Assembly (NCBI RefSeq): GCF_001194135.2
Contig: NC_068993.1
Coordinates: 46,132,994-46,178,286 of the forward strand
Direction of reading: 5' to 3'
Source of the DNA: Octopus bimaculoides
Taxonomy: Eukaryota
DNA: 45,293 nt
Part shown: positions 37,490-45,293 of the stretch, one piece after another
Layout of the letters: each line of letters starts with the position of its first letter
Numbering within the stretch: position 1 is the first letter of the stretch
Program-made: the position numbers and the translations under genes
The notes under the pieces: model-generated
Told to the model about the DNA's origin: nothing
Databases searched by the model: none
Seen by the model: only the letters and a program-made list of their open reading frames with translations

Positions 37490-38320
37490 TCAGCGCATTG
37501 CAGCATTAGACCTATGCTTCCAAGGAAATACTTCACTGACTGCAACATAAAATCCCTTCAGGAAAAAATGAATGGCGCCGTCACCAGAGTTGTGAATAGC
37601 GCGATAGGGCACACGCAAGTTTAAAGGCCAGTTGAATCCATAAAGATCACAGATCAACATACGGAAGTACAACCATCGCTTGCTTCAATATGGGAGATGA
37701 AAATGAATCAACCATAAATAATATTAGCTACTACAACAACGTTTGAAGTCTTTCCAAAAATTTATTTGGAAACATGGAAAATTAAAACTTAAAAGATAGA
37801 CGAAAATGGATCTAAGATAACTGTTTAAATCTTATTCAGTAGCTTCTTCTGGCAGTGATAAAGCCTCAACACAGAAGATTCAGAGCAACATGTGCCCTAC
37901 CCATTGGAAAGAACATGTAGTTGCTGCTAAAAGTACAGGTTTCGTAACCAGATCATTGAACGATTAGTCAAGGGAAAAATTAGATGGAAATTGAATCTTT
38001 GGTTAACACCCAGCTGTGTTTATGGGTGGTAAGAATCTGGCTTATGTTACTTGAATAACTCTATGTGAGCATTGAAGCAGTTGATAAACGACGGAAATGT
38101 GGATGTAATATTTCTACACATTGTCCAAATCCACAACAATGTCGATTAAGGAATTGTGTGTCCCCAATAATGTATTCTCGATAATAGTTGGAGAACTTAA
38201 GGCGCAAGACAAGTTGATGACGATTGTGAATAATTAATTTCAGCTCAACTCTGGATGAAAGTAAGAAGACTAACGGACCTGCAGAGTCATTTGGCTAGTG
38301 TCTAGGATTTTATGTTTTCT
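37490..38320 (+). mobile_element. CR1/L2-group LINE ORF2 remnant (linker and RT motifs 0-3)
   Basis: Colinear decayed motifs: RPML, IWEMKMN..EVFPKIYLETWK (compare PDGFPAxLLKxCK), IIERLVKGKI, LKQLINDGNVDVIFLH..VD*G (compare NVDVIYLDFAKAFDKVDHG), IVGEL. Many stops and shifts. Confidence 0.65.
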
Positions 38321-38474
38321 AATGTGACCTTTTCACCATTCTTTATTTTAAGATGAGGCGGTAAAGGCTGAAAGGGGATTTGGTAGCTATTTCTAGATAG
38401 CGGAGGTAATGTACAGAAGTTTTAGCATTGTTGGTGGTGAAAATAAAGATCATAGCTCTGGTGTTATGTCAACG

Positions 38475-38729
38475 GTTATGATGCTTGTGATGCTAATGGT
38501 GATGTTGACCATGACAACGATGGTGACCACTACCACCACCACCACAACAACGATAACGACGACGACGATGATGATGATGATGTTGATGATAATGATGATG
38601 ACGACGACGACGTCGGAGATGATGATGGTACGCCGATGAAGACGATGATGATGATCATGATGATGATGAAGTGGTGGACGAGAAGGATGCTGACAACGAT
38701 AACGATGATGAGATTAATCATGATGGTGG

Positions 38730-38790
<61 letters not shown>
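38475..38790 (+). repeat. (GAT)n/(GAC)n/(CAC)n compound trinucleotide tract
   Basis: Directly visible; source of poly-M/T/I ORFs. Confidence 0.95.
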
Positions 38791-38791
<1 letters not shown>

Positions 38792-39111
38792 CTACTGACA
38801 GATATATGGTTATGGCACTACCATTTCCTGTAGTCTAGCCACGAAGTAATAACAGAGTTGCAGCCAACACTAAAAATATCCAAGTGATTAGTCACTATAC
38901 AGAATTACAGAAATAAGTATATACAAACCGTAATTAGTAAAAATGTATAAGAACATAACAAAAGAACACTAAAACATTTTCAAAACAAATTAAATATAAA
39001 CATGGTATCGCTATCGCATCAGAGTGTAAGCAGGTTCTTCGTGGGGTCTTCGACGATTTTTGATCCTCAACACTTGAATAGGTCTTGTTTGTTTTAAACG
39101 TTCCCTTGTAG

Positions 39112-39127
39112 ATGTTGTTGTTGTTGT

Positions 39128-39182
<55 letters not shown>

Positions 39183-39260
39183 AATGATGATGTTGATGAT
39201 GGTGATGGTAATGATAATCATGATGCTGGTGATTATGACGGCGTAGTGGTGTTGATGATC
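39112..39260 (+). repeat. (GTT)n(GCT)n(GAT)n compound tract
   Basis: Directly visible. Confidence 0.95.
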
Positions 39261-39535
39261 ATGACGATCATGGTCTACATGTTGTCTACCCCCACATGAG
39301 CTCTGCTTATGCAGACGTATATAAGAAGATGTTTCAGCCGCTGTTATCGTCTTGCTTTTTTAGTCTTGGACTTTCCTATCTAATGTGCCCGTCCTTAAAG
39401 CGTTCACATATGATATGGCTTCTATTTCTAATAGGTCGAGCAAATAGGTTTATTTAGGGTCATTTGAGGAATATTTGACAGTAATTTCTAGCTGGTGAGC
39501 GAATACGTAAAAGCCTTATTTTTGATTGTTTAAGC

Positions 39536-39833
39536 CAGGCGTTCCCGACCGTGGTCCACAGAAGCTTTACGAGGGTCCACGAGTAAAAAATTGTAATTTG
39601 TGGGTCCATATATAAATTTTGTTTACTAAGAGAGCTACCTGTATTTATCGAAATTTTCAAGACATGTATTTGGAATTTATTTTATGAATATAACGAAATT
39701 GTTTCATTGTTAGTTTTCACTAACTGGCAAACAAATATTTTATTTCAAAAATTTACATGTGCATATATGGGATCCACAAATGTTAAGATAGCTCTCGGGG
39801 AGTCAACAAGCAAAATAACGTTGGGAACCGTTG
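39536..39833 (+). mobile_element. Non-autonomous hAT (Charlie-like) MITE, 298 bp
   Basis: TIRs CAGGCGTTCCCGAC and GTTGGGAACCGTTG; 8-bp TSD GTTTAAGC/GTTTAAAC (7/8) with central TA. Confidence 0.85.
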
Positions 39834-40007
39834 GTTTAAACGTTTAACAAGTGTACACTTTACCAGAAAGTCACGGAAATTTAATATGAAATTAATATCA
39901 TTCATCGATTTCAGAGGGCTGAAAGCCAAAGTTGATCGTGGAAAGAAATGTCTAGCGGCTGTACCATCTCGCCGCTTATAGCTGATATTAATATTCTTTA
40001 TGATATC

Positions 40008-40183
40008 CACATAAAGCCCGAATTTTTGTGTCGGGGACTAGTCGATTAGATCAACACTAGCACTGAAACGGTACGTATTTCAACAACACCTGAAAAATTA
40101 AAGGTAGAGTCGTAATTGCCAGAATTTGAACTCAGAAAGTAAAGAGGGTGCTAAACAGTTTGCCCTGCAAGCAATCTATTCTG
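40008..40183 (-). mobile_element. SINE family B degenerate copy
   Basis: agaatttgaactcag, ctagtcgattagatc and aagcccgaatttt match other family B copies. Confidence 0.7.
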
Positions 40184-40770
40184 GGAACACAGCGCTTGAG
40201 GTTTCGAAGCCGTTATCCATATATATCCTCTTTTTCTTTGATTTTCAAAGAGGTATTTATACCTGCATGGCAAGTGACCTCTATGATGGTATATACCATC
40301 ACCCTTCTGTCCCAATGCTTACATTTGACAGAAGTTTGATGGGAATATTCCACCAGTATTTCTTGAGTTGGTGTTTATGAGTGAATTTCATAAAGGAGGT
40401 ATTTTCTAAGTTTATTTCATGGCGGTCTCCTTTGTGAATGGTATTGTAAATTGTTTTAGCAACAACCTCGTGCCGCATAGGGAGATTTAGGACATTTTAG
40501 AACAGCTGCTAATCACATGCGTGATGTCTTCCACAAGAAACATGACATAGGCTACACATGCGGTTACACCTTGGGATTACAAGAACGTTACTGTCTCTTT
40601 TCTTTACCAGGTACTTAATGACAATCTCCTGTTCCTGGATTGCAAACGCATAGCCTTCGACGTGTGATATGATGTAGTGTCTAAGAGAGGCTACGCTTCG
40701 TGTCAATTCTACTGTTTTCTACGAGCTCAGTGCTTTCTATCCAAGACTTCTCAGAGGCAAGAGAGTCCAG
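40180..40770 (-). mobile_element. R4/Dong-like non-LTR retrotransposon fragment (CCHC zinc knuckle plus REL endonuclease region)
   Basis: IDTKRSLS*, SHVEGYAFAIQEQEIVIKYLVKKR, CSLC..H, PMRHEVVAKTIYN, YWWNIPIK, KCKH^WDR, IIEVTC, KIKEKEDIYG*RLRNL: the order and motifs of the C-terminal half of RLE-type LINE ORFs. The RPD motif appears deleted. Confidence 0.8.
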
Positions 40771-40981
40771 GCTTTGTATGTATGTATGTATGTATGTATG
40801 TATTTATGTAGCCATTATCACAGGTAAAGCTCTCTAAAGTTTTCATTTGTTTCAACTTCTGATTCACGTTGTGTCTTGCATAAAAATATGTTATTTACTT
40901 AATGACGAAACGTCTGAAGCACTATTATGCAAATTAAACTATCCTCTACAGTAATAACTCATATCCTACTTCTTTATATAC

Positions 40982-41071
40982 CGGACGAGCATTATCTGCC
41001 GATAGGGAAGCACTTTCCTTATGTCTTCATCTACAAAATCAGTTCCCCTGAGATGAACTAAATAATCATCG
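40982..41071 (-). CDS. Candidate 90-nt symmetric (phase 2-2) internal exon
   Basis: ctacctctctttcag|c-DDYLVHLRGTDFVDEDIRKVLPYRQIMLV-cg|gtatat; only one frame is open. No homology recognised. Confidence 0.27.
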
Positions 41072-42048
41072 CTGAAAGAGAGGTAGATCCACTTCCTGTA
41101 TATATGCAGAAAGTCACAGACATAGACATACAGAGACTAATAGATTTATAGACACACTCAGAAAGGCACACAAAAAGTTTAGACGATAGACATGTAGATA
41201 CAAACATATACATAGAGATAAATGTATAGATATTCCAGTATTCATGAATATATATATCTATATATCACTGTAATTCAATACAAATCTATTATCAAGAGAT
41301 GAACTAAAAACTTATATATAGAAACATAGATGCTAAAATATGAGATAAACGTTTCGATGCTTTAGTGGGCGTATGAGATTATGTATGTATGTGCAAATAA
41401 AAATTCTGAAAGATACAGTTATGCTGCTATTGTTTTAAGAAATAAACTTCTCAAAGTATCCATGTCGATAAGCAAAAAATATTAAATATTAATGTGTTTC
41501 TCAGAGCCAGAATATTTGCCGTGATGTGTGCACTGTGCTTTCCCTTTTCTGATGTTTAGTTACAAATAAATATATACGTGTGCATGTATGTATATATATA
41601 TCTACGTATTATTATGCATGCATGTATGTATTTGTGTATGTGTTTGTGCATACGTACATATATACACGCAAACATTCAAATATCGCTCTCCCCACACCAC
41701 AGATATTTATAACATTTTATATGATTTTCCATTATATTTCAGTCGTCGAATTTTCCATGCAATGACTGTCGACGCATAAATATTTAATGCTCTAAATAGA
41801 ATATCTCATATATCATGAATCAGTAATGTGGTCAGCAACATACACAAAATTGTGGTTGGGTATCACAGTGTAATTTCAATCCCGTATCACCCAAAAGCAA
41901 ACACACACAAGCGAATGTATATGCATGCATATGTGTGTGTATACACATATACACACATATATATATGTGGGGGATGTATACACATACACGCACATGCGCA
42001 TGCGCACACTCTCACATCTAGAGATACGTACACACACATATATATATC

Positions 42049-42087
<39 letters not shown>

Positions 42088-42748
42088 ATATATTTTTATT
42101 TCGGCATACATATAAGTGTGTGTATATATGTATCTGAATATAAATATATATATGGATGTAAGTGTATGCATANNNNNNNNNNNNNNNNNNNNNNNNNNNN
42201 NNNNNNNNNNNNNNNNNNNNNNNNNNNNNNNNNNNNNNNNNNNNNNNNNNNNNNNNNNNNNNNNNNNNNNNNNNNNNNNNNNNNNNNNNNNNNNNNNNNN
42301 NNNNNNNNNNNNNNNNNNNNNNNNNNNNNNNNNNNNNNNNNNNNNNNTATATATATATATATATATTGATATATCTATACATAGATAAATGTGCGTGCGC
42401 GTGTATGTAATAGAAAGTTGCTGTTTCAATTGAGATACCATAACATTTAACCGTTGCCGCGAGTTCCATGTAAATCCAAGTATATCTAACTTCCATTGAA
42501 GTGTAAAACAAGATTTGTCCTCCGAATTTCATTTCATATTATATACATTTGAATAAATTACAGTGTGTATACCCGAGTGATGGAATAAAATAGAAGATTC
42601 GTATATGTAACCATTATTGCATGACATACAAGTGTACGATGTTACAACGCGTGTTAAGACCACGTAATATATGATGTTATAATATAAAAAAAGTTTTGTC
42701 CGAATCTGCTTTATTCTGCCCTCGGATATATTTGTATATGTATGTTCA

Positions 42749-42834
<86 letters not shown>

Positions 42835-43029
42835 TGTGTGTACATATATGACTATATATGTGTGTGTGTGTGTGTATGTACGTATGTAGGTAGATATGTA
42901 TGTATGTGTGTATGTATGTATGTATGAATGCTTCATCTTGCAAGATGATAGCCGTTTCATATTCAGTTAGATTTTTCTGATTTGCTTTCATTCTTGCATG
43001 TGCACGGATATGATTTTTCACGCTACGCA

Positions 43030-43390
43030 TACATCGCCATAGGAAGTTATGAATTCCATAGGATGCTATGGATCGAGAAACGAAACAATAGTGAGACTCC
43101 CGCACGTCACTGGATTTAAGTAGCAAAATATTGTACGAATCTTTTGCGACTCTGCAGCCGTTGTAAGCTCCAGTGACAAGCATTATTTGTACAAATTTGA
43201 GTGCAAGATATATGACAGAGTATCTCGTAGAAGTGTCTTGTCCATGGCTTTGTCAAAAACAAATTGAAGCCGTCTCTACACTTGGAGAAATCTATTTAAC
43301 CTCCAAATGGGATCCTTACTGGTATGGCTGTTCCAGGTCAGAACAGACCTGGTAGTAATTGAAATAAATGGGTGATCCCACGCTCTTCCC
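43030..43390 (+). pseudogene. Very decayed LINE RT remnant
   Basis: YEFHR, DKHYLYKFECKIYDRVSRRSVL, GSLLVWLF..VIEING*S loosely follow QxGFR, DxxYLDFxKAFDxV.HxxLL, GxLLxW..VxING.S. Confidence 0.3.
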
Positions 43391-44515
43391 TATTCCAGAA
43401 CTCGTGTACATACATATATANNNNNNNNNNNNNNNNNNNNNNNNNNNNNNNNNNNNNNNNNNNNNNNNNNNNNNNNNNNNNNNNNNNNNNNNNNNNNNNN
43501 NNNNNNNNNNNNNNNNNNNNNNNNNNNNNNNTATATATATGTATATATATATATAAAAATTAATATTTAGGGAAAACGAGTAAGTATGCTGGCTTTGAAA
43601 CATGCTCTAAGAAGACGAATGTCAGTAAGCTACCTTAAAATTATCCCTACAAATACGCGCCGAATTCGGGCAAATAAACGAAAAAGATTCATGAAAAGGT
43701 TTTAAATTACGTGTCAATTGATTTCCGGATTAAAGAGAAGCGCTTTTTTCTCAATCATCAGTATAATACAACCCAGTAAACAGAACGACGAACAATTATA
43801 CATACCGACAAACAGAACGGCTTTACAATATAAGTGCAACCGTTCGTACTTATATATAAATAAAAATTCAGAAATGAGATTCGTTTATTTTCGGCCACGT
43901 GTGAATAACCAAACAATTCAGCAGTGTATAATTTTGGTTTATGTGAAATTATATATATTTTTAATATATTTCAAAATTCAGGATAAAATCTATATATGAT
44001 TTTACTTGGTGGTTTGTTTCCAACAGACTGTTTCTTTCGTTCATAAGGAAACTCCCTTCCTCTGTCCTTTTAGCAAAACAAAAACCTTTCCTAGTTTCTA
44101 AAGACTCTGATTTAAACTACTGTTATTATCCTATTGTTTTTGTAACGGTTGCTGTTTACTAGCAAACACTAACTCAAGTGAACCGTGAAGAAGGCACTAT
44201 ATAATGAAAAATATTCCAATATAAACAAATTTAGCCTTCTCTAGAAGTAATATTTCTGTATAATTTGAAAATGTTAGAGCTTCATTTGAGGAAGATTGTC
44301 TTATTACATTCAGCACGTCGAGCGACTGGATATAAAGAATCCTTTTATTTCGTTACTTTTGTTGCCATTATTGCGATTAACATTGCCACTCGCATCATCA
44401 CTGATGCTGATATTTCATCTATATCTCCATCTTCTCATTCATATCGATTCGCTGCACTTTTATACTATGTACAACAATCCGACCAATATATACATAGACT
44501 AGGTGAAAAGCATTT

Positions 44516-44538
44516 TGTAGTAGTAGTAGTAGTAGTAT

Positions 44539-44589
<51 letters not shown>
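44516..44589 (+). repeat. (TAG)n microsatellite
   Basis: Directly visible. Confidence 0.97.
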
Positions 44590-44593
<4 letters not shown>

Positions 44594-44950
44594 TGTGATG
44601 ACGTTAACAGTAATGCATATGATGGGGGATACGGAAGAAAATGGATTTCATTTAGCTGACCTAAAACCTATTTCTAAATGTATCCGACAAACTCACCAAA
44701 AGACATTATGTATCTCTAGAATTTTTCGTATATGCACACACACGCACGCTCGGGAAAAAATAAAGTCGGATATTTTATTAACGCACCTAGTATATGAATG
44801 AACGTATGCATTTATCTCCCTTTGTATGTATTGCTCCATTTACATACATCTATGTGTGTGTATATATACATAAATACAAACACACAGACATATGTGTGTG
44901 TGTATGCATGTATATATATATATATATAAGCAATGTTAATTCTCTAAATG

Positions 44951-45270
44951 AAGTATTAACAGTAACTGCACGATAAAGTGTAGTATATTGCCACTTAAGT
45001 GTGGCTGACCCCTAGGGGTGGATGTTACTGTTGCTTTTAGCCCCAGGAGGACATCTCCTCCAGCTGGCTTATCGACACACGACTGTGTCCTGTTTGCCAA
45101 GGGAGTTATCCCTCTCACCTCGGCCAGCAGCACGAACGTATCCGGATTTCAGGGTTATTTCCCTTCGTCGGCGTTCGACAGCTGATGACCTTGGTGAGAG
45201 AGAAAAACCTGGCAGACCTTATATCTTCTTTTCCAGTGACATTCTTCACTGATATTGAAAAGGTGAAAAC
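44951..45270 (+). mobile_element. GC-rich structured insert bounded by a direct repeat of at least 23 bp (possible RTE-related retroposon)
   Basis: AAGCAATGTTAATTCTCTAAATG at 44928-44950 and 45271-45293. The interior resembles RTE-type 5' UTR sequence by recollection only. Confidence 0.55.
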
Positions 45271-45293
45271 AAGCAATGTTAATTCTCTAAATG

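Noticed and set aside
39290-39510. Minus-strand YLLDLLEIEAISYVNALRTG, vaguely gag-like
   Set aside because: Interrupted by stops, with no supporting LTR or neighbouring motifs.
44265-44801. 178-aa + strand ORF with poly-V
   Set aside because: Built from (TAG)n and decayed trinucleotide low-complexity sequence.
1-45293. CRISPR array, rRNA, intact tRNA or prokaryotic operon
   Set aside because: No regularly spaced repeat-spacer units or RNA-gene signatures; the sequence is eukaryotic repeat-rich DNA.

Overview
AT-rich, microsatellite-dense eukaryotic scaffold with about ten long N gaps. From my recollection of the SINE, LTR and LINE families present, it is most likely a cephalopod (Octopus-like) genome; I could not run a search to confirm this. 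There is no CRISPR array, rRNA gene, intact tRNA gene or confidently identifiable host gene. Almost all ORFs in the supplied track are artefacts of simple repeats or N gaps. The window is a graveyard of decayed mobile elements: a Tc1 and a mariner left half fused tail-to-tail (2.7-3.5 kb), an internally deleted Gypsy/Mag-like LTR element with PBS and 5-bp TSD (6.3-7.3 kb), a second Gypsy remnant with protease joined directly to integrase plus PPT and 3' LTR (27.4-28.6 kb), CR1/L2-type LINE pieces, an R4/Dong-like REL-endonuclease LINE piece, a further Tc1/mariner 3' end, a hAT MITE with 8-bp TSD, Penelope-like ends, and many copies of at least three tRNA-head SINE families. The most interesting observations are a LINE 3' tail matching a SINE tail within the same window, hairpins conserved between diverged LTR copies, the Tc1/mariner chimera, several fold-back structures, and a few weak candidate minus-strand exons. 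Coordinates were counted by hand and boundaries of decayed elements are approximate.
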